Assembly: GCA_963575745.1 (NCBI GenBank)
Contig: CAUYUJ010000077.1
Span: forward strand, 62,001-118,650
From: Prorocentrum cordatum
Lineage: Eukaryota
Length of the DNA stretch: 56,650 nt
Direction of reading: 5' to 3'
Shown: positions 20,195-33,400 of the stretch, piece by piece
Position numbering within the stretch: the first letter of the stretch is position 1
How the letters are laid out: each line of letters starts with the position of its first letter
Notes under the pieces: generated by a model
What the model was told of the DNA's origin: nothing
The model's input: only the letters and a program-made list of their open reading frames with translations
Databases searched by the model: none
Program-made: the position numbers and the translations under genes

Positions 20195-23016
20195 TTATAC
20201 CTCGGTCCGACCTTACCTCATACAGTCGGACCTGGGCAAGAATAACACCGTTCACGAACATGAGACCCTCCGCCAGCCAAAACAAGCAGAACATCCAAGG
20301 GCACCCTCCCCATCCAACAAACACGAAGAACAACATGGTACCCACCCCGAACCGACCTCGATCTTAGTTCGGCGGCGAACGAGAGGGGGAAGTGAGAAGG
20401 GGCGGGCCTTCTAAGAAGGGTACTCCAGATTTCGTAATAAAAGGAGGGGGGTCTCATTCCGGCGGGGGGTCTCTTCCAGGCTATCTTGGAGGGCCTGGGG
20501 GCTGGGGACGATGTTTTGGAGGGTTCTCCCACGGGGGAGGTCTGAAATGGCTTGTCTTGGAGGGTCCAGACCCCCTCCCTTTTATTACGAAATCTGGAAT
20601 AGGAAGTCCCCTCGCTCGCCGCCGGGGAGCCACCCGGTCCGACCGCACAACAGTGCAGGCCAGTCCACAAGACAGTCCGACAGCTTCCACGAGAAACCCA
20701 ACCCTGAGACCGCAGGGCGCCCCTTGAGTTCTGGCGTGGGAACGTCACGCGCTCCATCGCACAGCCATCGAGAAACCCCAGAAACCCAGGGCACCCAAGA
20801 CGGGTGTCTCCTGGCATGGGCCTCCACTGTACCGCTCCTCGCTCGCGGCGCGCCCCTGCGCGGCACCGCACAGGGGCCCGCGGGCCCCTGCGCGGGGCCG
20901 CGCAGGGGCGCGCGCCCGCCGCAAAGGGGAGCGGGGGGGACTCCGGTTGGCGGCGGCTCGCCAGACGGCTCCGCGCGCGGGCGGGCGGCTGGCGCGAAAG
21001 GTCGGCGACGAGCGAGGTAGGGAAACGAGGAGGAGAAGACCTTCACAGCAGGCGGCGAGGCTTCTTTGGAGCCCTCTCGCCTTCAGAAGGGTCTCCTATG
21101 TCTTCGGGGAAGGCGCTTGTGGAAAACTTCTCGGGAGGCCAGGTTCACTTCCGAACTCTCTGAGAGGGCCTTTTCCTTCTCACTTTCCCCCCTCGCTCGC
21201 CGCCGAAAAGAGGCACGAAGCCTAGGATGCCCAGTACTTTTCCAGATTCTCTGGAGCTTCGTCTCCCTACATTTGCCCACACGTTCCCACATTTTCCGGG
21301 GGATCGACGACTAAGAATGTCTGTGCGTGGTTCCCCTCCTGGAGCGCGGGTCCCGTGCAGGGTCATCGTGCCAGGGCGGCAAGATCTATGCACGTCCACT
21401 GCTCCCAGGTCAGGCCCACTCTGGGCCCAGCAGCGGTGAATACTCTGGGTGGGATATTAATCGAGGGGTGGGCGACTTACCTTCTGACGGAGCTTGTCCA
21501 TCCCCCCCCTCCTCCCTCCTCCTCCTCCTCCTCCTCCTCCTCCCCCCTCCTCCACCTCCTTCTCCTCCTCCCCCTCCTCCTCCTCCTGCTGCTCCTCCTC
21601 CTCCTCCTCCTCCTCCTCCTCCTCCTCCTCCTCCTCCTCCTCCAACCCCCTCCACCCGTCCCGCGGATCCCAAGGGGGCGGGGGCGATTATTGCCCCATC
21701 CAGAGTACGCCACGCCCTACCAGCTTGGCCAGGAGGGCGTGTACACAGCTGCTGGGCCCGGGAAGAACGAAGAGCCAAAAACAACCTTGGGGTACATCAG
21801 TTCTGTAGTCGATCTCCCGCTCGAGTCGTGCCCCCCCTCGGAGGCTTGGAGATGGGCACCGGCACCAGCACAGGGGGATGCCTCCATCCTGGGAAGACGC
21901 CCCTAGATTTCGGTGCTGTTGGTAGCCCCTCGGCCACCTAGGAAGCCCGAGTAGTACCACCATCGCCGAGATCGGGATCGTCTTTCCCCCAGTGGACGCA
22001 CACCGCCGATAGTGGTGTTGGTGCCAACCTCCAAGCATCCGACTCCCCGCGCTTGAAGGGCCACGCCTTCACGCACGTCACCTGTTCTCGGGCTGGGCGA
22101 AAGCGGGGGATAGCACAGGTGGGGTTTGAGAATCAGCTCACGTAGCTGATTTCCCCGGCGCCTCCCTGCGCCGGGAGGCGCCCATGTATCGAGGAGTGGG
22201 CCCGGCGGCGGGGCCGAAACAAGCTGCATGCAGCAGATTCCCTAACCCCCCCTCTCCCTGTCCCCCCCTTTCCTTCGGCCCGACGCTGGTGGCAACCTCC
22301 GGAGGCATCCGCCTCCCCGCGCTTAGGAAGGCCACGCCTTCGCGCACGCCACCCGTCCGCAGCGCACGACCGTCCCGCGGACAGTCCCGGCGGCGAGCTC
22401 GCGCCTTCCAGCCCCCCCCCCCTCCTCGGGGAAGCGCGAGGGCGCCTCCCCCCGCCGGCGCGCACACTAAGGGGGGAGGGCGCGGCGCGAGGGGGGCGCC
22501 CTTCGGAGGCAGGGGGGGGTGGCTCCTGAGGAGGCCGTCGGGCGTCTCAGAGACCCGCCCGGCCTCTAAGAATCCCTCGTGAAAGGCTCGGGAGCCTTCT
22601 GCCGTCCCAGGAGTCCCTCGCGGGCGCCGCCAACATGCGCCAAGGCCGATGAAGCTCCAGCGAGGACCACCCCAGCACGGATCGCACGGAAGGATGGCCG
22701 CCTGGAGGCGATCCACTGAAGGACGGCCCACCCCGTGACTGCCTTCCGGCGGTCGCCTGCCACAGCCTGATCAGACTCGCGAGCTTTAGCGCTGCAAGCT
22801 TGGAGAATTCATCACGGACTGAGTCGCCAGCCAGCCACTGAGTCGCCAGCCCGCCAGCCCGACCATAATTGCGCAACGAAACTAAAGAAACCAATGAGAA
22901 AGAAGGAGACAGGCCGCGGAGGAGGGCAAAATTGAGAACCGCGCTCAGGCAGATTGGGCTAACACGCGTCCTGATATTCATCGACCCTCGCCACACCCGC
23001 CAGTCCAATTCCCCAC

Positions 23017-23091
23017 ACGACGACCACGACGACGACGACGACCACGACAACGACAAAGATGACGACGACGACGACGACGACGACGACTGCT

Positions 23092-23126
<35 letters not shown>

Positions 23127-23142
23127 TGCTGCGACGACGACT

Positions 23143-23183
<41 letters not shown>

Positions 23184-23192
23184 AACGACGAC
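23017..23192. repeat. (GAC)n microsatellite
   Basis: Directly visible. Confidence 0.97.
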
Positions 23193-25727
23193 GGCACTGC
23201 TGCGACCTGCAGGCGGGCGAAAATGGACATATGATGTCCGACGACGCACTGCAGGTTCGCATCCCGACGAACCCAACATTGGTTTCCGGCACCGCGTGGC
23301 TCGCTCATGCAAACTCGAGCCATCGGCGACCATGCGGCTTCTCGATGGCCAGAGAGCGTTCCACATTGGCTGATTCTGGGCCACTGGCGGCGTTCAACAA
23401 TCGGGCGGACCACGGCCAGCCGCGGCCAGCAAGCGGGCGACAGAGGCCAGACGACACACGACGACGCACGACGACGCCGCGACCCTGGCCGAAGGACGAG
23501 CGGGGCGAGCTGGCGCACCCGGGGAACATGTCGCCGAAGACCGGGTCGAACGGCACTGGAGACGGGAGCGTGGCGAAGCAGCCTGCGGGGGCTTCCCGTT
23601 TCCTTCCACCTCCTCCTCCTCCTCCTCCTCCTCCTCCTCCTCCTCCTCCTCCTCCTGCTCCTCCGCCTCCTCCTCCTCCTCCTCCTCCGCCTCCGCCTCC
23701 TCCTCCTCCTCCTCCTCCTCCTCCTCCTCCTCCCCATCCCCTGCCCCTCCTTCCCTGTACCTCCTCTTCGCCAGTCTGGACGCCCGGAAATGGATGCGGA
23801 CCACACGGCCGCGACGCCCAACAGCAAATGCTGTCTAAAACCGACGGCGGCCGCTGTTGGGCGGGCGCCCGCGGCGGCACCAGCAGCAGGCCCCGCTAAA
23901 AATGAACAGGAGCTGCTGCCGATTTGTGTTGCCCTTCTTTCCGTACTCGCTTCGGACCCTCCAGAGCCACGCGCCCGCCCGCCCCCCCCCCCCCCAAGTG
24001 TCTTGGCACGTGCGAAAAACGGGTCCTGAGGGAAGCGCACCCTGGACCCTGATGCCCCCCCCCCCCGGGACGAGTTTTCCATCCAGAGGAACGCTTTCCG
24101 ACGCATCCTGGGGCCCATGGAGGGCCATGGGACGCCCAGACGGTGAAACACCTCGGGGCCCGCTTCCTCAAGGCCCGCGTCCCCCATGACGACCGCTCCC
24201 CTCCCCCCCCCTGCTTTGTTTGTTTGCTCTTGTTGCTTTGTTTTTCCCTTGGCGCCCGGCGCTGGCCTCCGCCGTTCGACGCCCTCGTCGTCCTGGCCCC
24301 GCTGACCGCCTCGCGCGCGGCGCGCGCGCGCCGGGGCTGGGCATGGGAGTGGGCGGGGCAGGGAGGGGTGCGGAGCGAGGAGGGAGGGGGGCGGAGCGAG
24401 GAGGGGGGGGGGGAGGCAGAGGGAGAGGGCGGCAGGGAGAGGGGGGGGGTGGGAAAGAGCTTGAGGGAGGCGGGGGGGAGGCTAGAGGGAGGTAGGGTCG
24501 AAGAGGAAGGAGAAAGGCAGAGGGGCAAGCAGGAGGTCCTGCAAGGGCCATAGCTCTAGGACCGCCTGCTTCTGGACTGCACGCGGAGGGATGCTTCGCT
24601 GGGGGAAATGCCAGCAGGTTCGAAGTTCGAAGTTGTTGGTCGCTCTTGGGCCTCGTCGGACCCTTTCAAGCCTCGGAGGATTTCTGCCGGGGACCTCCCC
24701 GAGAGACATGACACGAGACTCGCGCCGCATCGACGCATCGGCATCGTCGCCACCCCCGCCGCCGTCGCGAGTCGGCCCCGCGGAATCCACACGCTAATGT
24801 GGCCTGGCGCGTGGGCTCCAAGTCCACGAATCGAGGGAAGCACCCTTGAAGCATGAGGCCAATGCCGCCCGATGTGGCGACGGGGCACGTCGACCCTGCA
24901 TGGGAGCGGGACGCCCCGCCAAGCCACGCGCATTGCTAAGCGGCTGCGTTTCCTCTATGGCGGACGGGCGAGCGGCCACGGAGGAGCCTATTCCAGCACG
25001 CGCACGAACTAGCGATGCACATGTTTCTGACTGCCTACGTGGGGTCAACTCGGGCTCCCCATTGGTGCGCGCGCCACGCCGTCTTCAAGACGGAGCCCCA
25101 GAGCCAATCACCTGCAAGCGACGCGCCAACGAACAATTCTACACGCGATCGGGAAGCCACTGCCGAACGGCCTCCCGTAAACACTTCCTGCCTCCTCCTC
25201 CTCCTCCTCCTCCTCCTCCTCCTCCTCCTCCTCCTCCTCCTCCTCCTCCTCCTCCTCTTCCTCCTTCTCCTCCGCCTCCTCGTCTCCTCCGCTGTTCGTC
25301 CTCGTCTTCCTCCTTCCTCCCTCCCCGTTTCGTCCTCCTTATCCTCCTCTTCCGCCAGCTCCTCCTCCTCCTCCTCTTGATCCTCAGTTTCCTCCTCCTC
25401 CTCCTCCTCCTCTTCCTACTCCTCCTCCTCCTCCTCCTCCTCCTCCTCCTCCTCCTCCTCCTCCTCCTCCTCCTCCTCCTCCTCCATGTACGCATATCCC
25501 CAAGTCCGATTGCGCATTCATCGATGGGGTCAGCTTTGGAACTCCAGCTCAGCCAGGACACGCGTCCATGGACACAGAAGCAGCTCAGCGCCATGAGACG
25601 GGACAGGTGGGAGGGGCAGAATGTCAGATAGGTGGCGCGAGCCCCCCGCCCCCTTCCCTTTTCTCCCTCCCCCCCCCGCCTCCTCCTCCCCCTCCTGTTC
25701 CTTGTTTGTGCTGTTCCTCTCTCGCTT

Positions 25728-25762
<35 letters not shown>

Positions 25763-26089
25763 GTCTCTCTCGCTCCCGCAGCGCTCCGCAACGCTTCCTT
25801 TTTTCCGCCGCCGCGCCGCGCGGCGGCGGCGGGGCCCACGGACGCCGCCGCGGGTCGTTTCTGGTGCTTCGACGGGGGAGGGCAAGGAGGAGACCAGCAC
25901 CACGTAGTCCCCTCGATGAGAAGGGGGTCGGTTGGGCGGCGGGGCCACACAACAGATGTCTAGCCGCTGCGGACGACGTAGCACGTTGCCTGTGGCGGTG
26001 TACCGCTGTAGACGGGGTGGCGAAGTAGGTTCCGGATCCGACATCTGCATTCTGTAACCGCAGGGGCCCTCGCGGTTCAACTGGTGGCC

Positions 26090-29000
26090 CTGTTACCTGA
26101 ATTGATGGTCCTCGTAACCGTGCTTGCGGTTCCCGTAGCTCGGCTCGTGGTTCGCGTAGCTCTGCCCGTGGCCCTCGTAGCGGAACTCGTGGCTCTCGTA
26201 TCTGAGCTGGTGGCTCTGCTGGTGGCCTTCATAGCTGGGCTGGTGGCCATCGAAGCTCTGGTCTCTGCTCGTTGCCCTCATAGCTCAGTCGGTGGCATCG
26301 AAGTTCCAGCCACTGTCCTAGTAGCTCTGCTGGGAGCCCTCGTAGCTCAGATCGTAGCCTTCCTTGTCGTGCTGGTGGCTGTCGAAGCTCAGCTAGTGGG
26401 ACACGTGGTTGAACTGGATGCCATGGGAGCGCAGTCTGATGCGCTTGTACCTATTTTGGTAGCCCTCGTAACGAAAACGGTGGCCTTTGTAGCTGCCCTG
26501 ACTGCTTTCGCCTGGCTGCCCCCTTCTGACTCTACCAGCTGTCGCGCCTTCTGCTCCTCATTTTCCTCCGGTTCTTCCTTTTCCTTGTTGTTTCTCCTCC
26601 TGCGCGGCCTGCTGTCGTACAGCCTCGTCCTCACTCTTATTATCCTCACTCTTGTGCCAGGCCGCCCCCTCTGGTGTTGCACCTGGTGTTGCCTCCAAAG
26701 CGGAGGCCTCCTCCTCCCTCGCGCCGAGCCCGCTGGTCTGGTAGCCGTAGCCGCGCGCGTGGCACTCGCAGGTGTCTACTCGCGATGCACTGACTCCTGG
26801 CGAAGGAGGCCTCGCGCGCCTGCATGGCCATCTCCTCGGTACCCTTCACCTCGTTTACCTTCTCCCCCTCCTCGTCCTCCTCCTCCTCCTCTTCTCCTCC
26901 TCCTCCTCCTCCTCCTCCTCGTCCTCCTCTTCCTCCGCCTCCTCCTCCTCTTCCTCCTCGTCCTCCCCCTCCTCCTCTCCATGCCCTCGTGGCCCCCCTC
27001 GTCTTCCTCAGGAGACCTCATCGCCTCGCGCTCGGGCGGCCCAGCGGCCTCGTTCTCACCTTCCTCCTCCTCCTCCACTTCCTCGTGCACCTTCTCTTCT
27101 TCCCTCTCGCGCTGATTTCACAAAACTCCTGGACAAGCGCAGCACGACGAGGCATTGTGTCCGGGCCCGCGCAGAGCTTCCGCAGAGCGCAAGCGACGCG
27201 CAGGCCCGTTTGCTCCCGACCTCGTCGCGCGGGGGGGAGGTGCGAGCTGTAGCCAAGGAGCCAAGGCGTCAACGTCATCAGTTTCGACCGCTTGGTACAG
27301 GAGGTCCGGGGGTCGTGGCTCTTCCCTGCGCCTCCTCAGCGTCCCCTTCCCCGTTTTCCTCCGCCTCCTCCTCCTCCTCCTCCTCCTCCTCCTCCTCCTC
27401 CTCCTCCTCCACCCGCGCGCCTTCCACCGTCGTCTCCTCTTCTGCCTGCAGGCTGGCGGCCCGCTCCTCCTTCACCTCCTCGTCCTCCACTTCCACCTCC
27501 GCTGCTTCCTTGCTGGTGCCGTCCGAAAGCGTTTTGCTGGGGCATGGTATTGCGCACCACATGCAAGCGCTCCAGGGGAAGGTCTCCTCGTCGTCGTCGT
27601 CGCCGTCTGCGTCGCCAGCCTCTGAATCCGTGTTCCCGTACTTCATCCTCCTCACCCAAGCGGAGCTGCCAAACGTGGCGGGCGGTCTATTCCCCGTAGT
27701 GCTCCATCCGGCGGGTGATGTCCTCCACCTGCTCGCTCGTGTGTTTGAAGGCTTGGTAGCACATGCAGGCCTTGACCTAAACACAGTCGTCCTGGATGGC
27801 CTGCTTATCGCCGATGAAAAACAGTTCGGGTTTGATATGATCCTCGAGCGCGTCCTCGACGCCACGACTACGTCTGATGTCCAAGACCCTCTTGCCGTGG
27901 ATCCATTCCATGAGGGCTGTTGTTTCAGAACCCCCTTCGATAACGTTTCGTCTTGGTCGTCCTCATCTTCATCCTGCTCTTCCTCTTCCTCCCTGTCAGC
28001 CCGCTGGACCTCCTCCTCCTCCTCCTCCTCCTCCTTCTCCTCCTCCTCCTCCTCCTCCTCCTCCTCCTCCTCGCCGGCTTGCTCAACACCCTCTGCCCTC
28101 TGGACCTCCCCTGGCTTCCGAAAGCTGTCCTCTGGCTGCCTGGGTGCCCCTGCTCTCGTGGCTGCCTCTGCCCTCGCCCCTCGCAGCCTCTTCTGCTGTG
28201 CTGGGCTGCCCTGCCTCTGCCGGGGCGGCCTCGCCGGCCCTCCTGGCCTCGGGGTCCTCGCCCTCCCAGGGTCACAACGGTCTCCTCTGCTTCCGCAGCC
28301 TTAATTAATTCGGGCCTGTCCCCCTACCGGGGGGATTGTCGACGAAAAATAAAAGATGCCCCAGAAATATTGGAAAAAATGGTAATAAAAACATGTCTGG
28401 GGACTATATTTGGAGCATTTCTTTGCCATTTTGGAATATGTTTGGAGTATGTTTTATTATTCGTCGAAAATCCCTCTGTAGGCGGACACGCCCGGCCGTA
28501 GCCTTGGCAGGCTGCCAGGCACTCCTGACCTTGTATACCTCTTGGGCCCTCTCTGCCTCGCAAGCCTCCTGTACCTTCTCGGCATCCTCCGTCCCCGCTG
28601 CCGTCTCGGTATTCGTGGCCTCCTCAGTCTTCCGGGCAACCTCTGCCTTCTAGTCCTCCCGGTGGACCTTTTGGCGGCCGCTGTACCGGCGGCCGTCGTA
28701 GCCTTGGAAGTCGCAACTCTGGGTAATCGAGGGAGGTGAGACCAGCCAGAACCAGTTCCGCCCTTCTTCTCCTGGGGGGTAGACGCCGCGGAAATCATCG
28801 TAGCCCTGGTGGTCGCGCTGTTCCCCGTACTGGGCGGCGTCGCCGTGCTGGTCGCCGTACACGCCACCGCATTGTGCACTGTGCTGGTCGCCGTGCTGGT
28901 CTCCGTGCTGGCAGCCGCACTGTTCGCCGTAATAGTCGCTGTGCTGGCGGTCGCCGCCTGGCGTTGTACTGGTAGTACTTCTCGTCTCTGTGGCCGCGAT

Positions 29001-29130
29001 CGGAGTCGTAGTTTCCTGAATCGTCCTGAGGCTGCCTGTTACGCACCTCGTCGCAAGAGTAGTCGGGGATGGCCCGTCCCGCAGTGACCGTAGTGGGCAC
29101 TATCGTAAGAGCAGTCGTAGCGATAGTCAT
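26090..29130 (-). pseudogene. Decayed coding-like region of unknown product (Tyr/Gly/His/Gln-rich repeats plus a non-repetitive segment with in-frame stops)
   Basis: Minus-strand fragments YEGHQQSHQLRYESHEFRYEGHGQSY and YGDQHGDAAQYGEQRDHQGYDD. A frame from ATG 27911 (MEWIHGKRVLDIRRSRGVEDALEDHIKPELFFIGDKQ...) is interrupted by TAG at 27777-27779 and 27687-27689. A MITE and (CCT)n tracts also interrupt the region. Confidence 0.4.
28305..28499. mobile_element. Foldback MITE family A, copy 2
   Basis: TIR ttcgggcctgtccccctacc...tcgacgaa / ttcgtcgaaaatccctctgtaggcggacacgcccggc. Flanks agccttaa / agccttgg. Confidence 0.75.
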
Positions 29131-30034
29131 GATGTCACTGAAGTGTGGTTGTAGCCCGTGACAGACGAGGTATCAGGTCCTCTTAAGAACTGCATGTGCT
29201 CGTGCCCATGTCGTCATCGTCGCATTATGTTTCGACATGGTTGCCGGGATGTCTCCACGCAAACTGCTCGTAAGCGTTGATGGTGTTATCGTCGTTGTGC
29301 ACCGCGATGACTCGGAATACTTGTACACCCTGATGCGATGATCCCCCACTCGTGGACGCAGGCATTACGGTCGCGTCTACAGACCCTCTTGACTGGGGGA
29401 CATGAGGGAGATGCTGATTCACGGTCGGTGTTGGCCCAGCCACCGCGCTGGGACCGCTGGTGTTTGCTTCTGGTGAGCTTGACGCTATGGTGTGGATGTT
29501 GCAGTGCACTCGTTGGCACCAGGGCCAAGGTTCACGTCTGTCTGGATGGACTCGGCGCTTCTGCGCTCCAGGTTTCGAGGCATGGCGGACGTCTCAGTGC
29601 GGGGGTGAGAGACCCACTGAGGGCATAGACCATCTCAGTGCGGGGGTGAGAGACCCATTGAGAAACCCTGGTCTGTGGATCGTGTCCCAGGCTTGCGCTG
29701 CTCAGGTCTGCTCTGTAGTGTTATGTTCTCCGGCGGCGTCATCGGCAACGAATTCGTGATGCGCAAATCGACGTCAACACGCTTGTCTACTGACTTGCAT
29801 GCCTTTCGAACTTCCTTGTGCAGTTAGGGATCACCTTTTTCGTATTTACAGCTGACCCTTTGTATAGTCCTCGTTGACATGTTGTCTTGAGGCGGGGACC
29901 ATCTTTGTCTCCTTTCTCTCTGCGGCGTGGCTAGGCAACATTTCACAAGGTGCGCTCTTGTGAAGCATAGGCCGCGGCGGCTCCAACAGGCCTTGTGAAC
30001 ATTTCACAAAAGGAGCAAATGGTTGCACAAGTTC

Positions 30035-30497
30035 ACTCTTGTGAGCTACACTTGCTATGTAGCATCATTGTCCCGGTAGGGGACAATACGTCCCACCTGG
30101 CCTGCCCTGTGTAGTTTCGTGCTCCAGGTAATCAGTGCGCTCTGAGGGCGACAATAGCGTCCGCCCTGAGAAATTTACCATTTCCCTAGGGGGTCAGATG
30201 CGCCTCCTAGGGCTCAGAGGTCAGGCAGCCCCTGACTATACCACTACACGCATTTGTGAACTACACTTGTTTACTCTTGTAAACTACACTTGCTATGTAG
30301 CATCATTGTGCCGGTAGGGGACAATACGTCCCACCTGGCCTGCCCTGTGTAGTTTCGCACTCCAGGTAATCAGTGCGCTCTAAGGGCGACAATAGCGTCC
30401 GCCCTGAGCAATTTACCATTTCCCTAGGGGGTCCGATGCGCCTCCTAGGGCTCAGCGGTCAGGCAGCCCCTGAATATACCACTACACGCAGTTGTTA
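30035..30497. repeat. Two-copy tandem duplication, 238-bp period; partial third copy ~30866-30910
   Basis: actcttgt..ctacacttgctatgtagcatcattgt starts at both 30035 and 30273, with near-identical continuation. Confidence 0.9.
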
Positions 30498-33400
30498 ATA
30501 TGAGATCCATGTGTTACGATTTTCTTTCATACGTCATCATATACGCACATCGTCGCCTTCTTATTATTCGTATTATTCATTTTCTGCCTCGTCTGCATTA
30601 TGTTGCATCGAGTACGACTCGGAGTACTCGGCTAACATAACACGCAGACATTCAAGAGCACGCCAAAATATCAGGCTAGCCTGCATATTCGGCGCCTGGT
30701 TGATGAGCTTGGTCAATGCCCAGTGTGGCGGAAGGTGGAGTCTCACACGGGACTGTTCTTGAACGACTGGGCTGATGAACTCGCGAATTGTGGTACAAGT
30801 GAACTCTTCTGTGGCCTGCCAGACGTACGGAGGTGGGCAAGCTTAGCGAGCTAATCATCAAGAGCGAGGTCAGACAGCCCCTGACTGTATACATACACGC
30901 ATTTGTTAATCACAAGCTATCATTATTTGGGAGCATCTGCCTTGGCTTCGGCGGCCTCTCGCCTAAGGCGCGTTCCATTACATGAGTCCTCCTCTGTTGC
31001 TCCCCATGCCACTCCTTCTCCCCTCCTCCCTCCCCTCCTTGTCGTCCTCGTCCTCCTCCTCCTCCTCCTCATCTTCGTCCTCCTCCTCCTCATCATCATC
31101 ATCCTCCTCCCCTCCGCCTAACCCCTCTGGACACTGTCCTGGGACCGTTGCCTTGCTCTTACTCTTAGTGTGGTCACCGCCTCTCTGTTTGGGAGGCCCA
31201 CCAGATGGAGCACATTGGCTCCAACTGGAATTGCTCCAGCCGGACTTCGCGCCGCCCTAGGTGGGGGGAGGGGGCCAGAACAGCTGGAGCCCCGACGGAC
31301 GGTGCTCGGCGGCGAGCCCTTGGGGAGGAGGAGGAGGAGGAGGAGGAGGCGAAGGAGGTGAGAAGGGGCGGGCCTTCTCAGAAGGCTCGGAAGTCCTCCG
31401 GCCTTCTGAGAAGTGTCCTGAGGCTTCCCCGAAGACACTGAAAGCTTCTCAGAAGGCCAGAGGGCCTCTGAGAAGCCCCGCCGCCTTCTGAGAAGGCCTC
31501 CTTCCTCTCACTCACCCCCCCCCGCTCGCCGCCGAGTCGAGGGGACGTAAGACTCTGGTGCGGGGGGCTCGGGTTGGCCTGATGGGGCTGTCATGAAGAT
31601 GACGAGACCCACTCTGAAACTTGATGCGAGCTCCCGCTGACAACTGGACCCTCAAAATCCAGGGCGCGCAGCGTCGGCAAACCTGAGTTCCAGCGTACTC
31701 GAGTCTTACGCTTCCTGGACCGAGGAGCCCCTCGCCAGCTGGACCTGCCAGAACCCGCGCCGCCCGCGTGGTAGGCAAGCACGTTCCACGACTGGCAAAG
31801 TCACTACTCGACAATGGCCTGAATCCGCCGTGGGGGGTGTACGATACATACAGTCAAAAACCCTAATAAGGACGCGCGGTAAGGACGCAAGACCATTGGA
31901 AGCCGAAGTTCGGATTGTTGGGGCGGCGGACGACGAAAACCTCAGGGACGCAAGAGCAAGGAAGAGCCAGGACGCAAGGGCACCCTGAGCAAAGCCGCGC
32001 GTCCTTGTCAGGGTTTGTGACCGTATCACATCGAGGCGAGCGTGGGTGCTTCCTCGAACGCGTGCGAGCAGGCACGCTGCGAGCCATGGGACGCGCTCGG
32101 CGACCGAGGGCCCGGCGGCCGCGCCCGGGAGAGAACGCCGTCGGGGCGCGGGAACGCCGCGGGGGTGTGCGGCCGCCTCGGGCCGCGACGGCGCCGGCCT
32201 CTGCTTCGGGCACCACCCAGGGGGCCCAAAGGACACAAAGGAATGAATGCACACAGATCCCAGAATGCCCCCTATTCTCCAGTGCGTTAGGGGTTTCCGT
32301 CTTCCTCCCCGCTTCCCATGACATCTTCCAGAAGAACGTCCTTCCGGAAGACGTCTTCGCGGAAAAAGTCGTCGTCTACCCATATCTCCCCCTATCTTCC
32401 TGGGAATCGACGTTTACTTGTGTCTGTGTGTTTCCCCCTCCTGAACCACGTGGGTCGTTCCGCCTCGAACGATCGTGGCTGCAGGAAAAAGGAAACGCAC
32501 CAACACCACCACCACCACCACCACCACCACCTGGAGGATGAAGGCAAAGGGTGGTCACGGGTGGTGGTGGTGGTGGTGGTGGTGGTGTATATCGTTTCGG
32601 GCGCTCTCCCGGGACATCCTGCAACCCCGTGTCCCGCACACCACCGCCACCGCGTCGACAAGACGCGGACCTGCCGTGGTTGGAGCCGCCCTGCCCCCCG
32701 TGCGCCTCGGAGATCCGCTGCGCGGTGTCCACGTCCATCTTAATCGCGCCGCGGGTGGTGAAGTGGCGGTTCGTGCTGATGACGGCGGGATCTTGCGGGA
32801 GACACGCGTGCTTCCGTCGCCTCCTCCTTTTCCTCATCTTCCCCCGCCTCCTCCTGCTCCTCCTCCTCCTCCTCCTCCTCCTCCCACCCGCCCACCCTCC
32901 CGAGCCCAACGCTGCTGGCAAAGTCATTGGTGCTTCCGTTCTGCGTTGCAAAGCCGTTCCTGAGCGTGGCAATGAACACTCATCTGAAGAAAGAAGGATG
33001 TATGTGAAATCCGACTTTACAACTTGCCCCTTTGCAAAAAACACTCCAAGCTGCCTCCGCTGTGATCCAAGACGTCCGTGGGGGCGCACGTCAGGATGTC
33101 CCACTCCTGGCGCGTGTTGCTCGCGGCCCGACCACCCAATCGCATGGAAGCCGCAAAGGTGCAGAAAAATAGATCTCGGCGTGAATGCTGGCCTGTGCGG
33201 GGCAACTGCTGAGTGGCACCGATGGATGTGCCATGTGGCTGCACTTCGACGTCGGCACTGACACCACATATCCGCCACCATGCAGCGATGCACGACGTGG
33301 AGTGTGCTCAGGTCCCTTAGAGTTCTCTGTACTGTTCTGACTGTTCTGCAGGTGGGCCATATCCCCGAGTTGCGAAACTACTGGCGCGTTGCGCGTGGCT

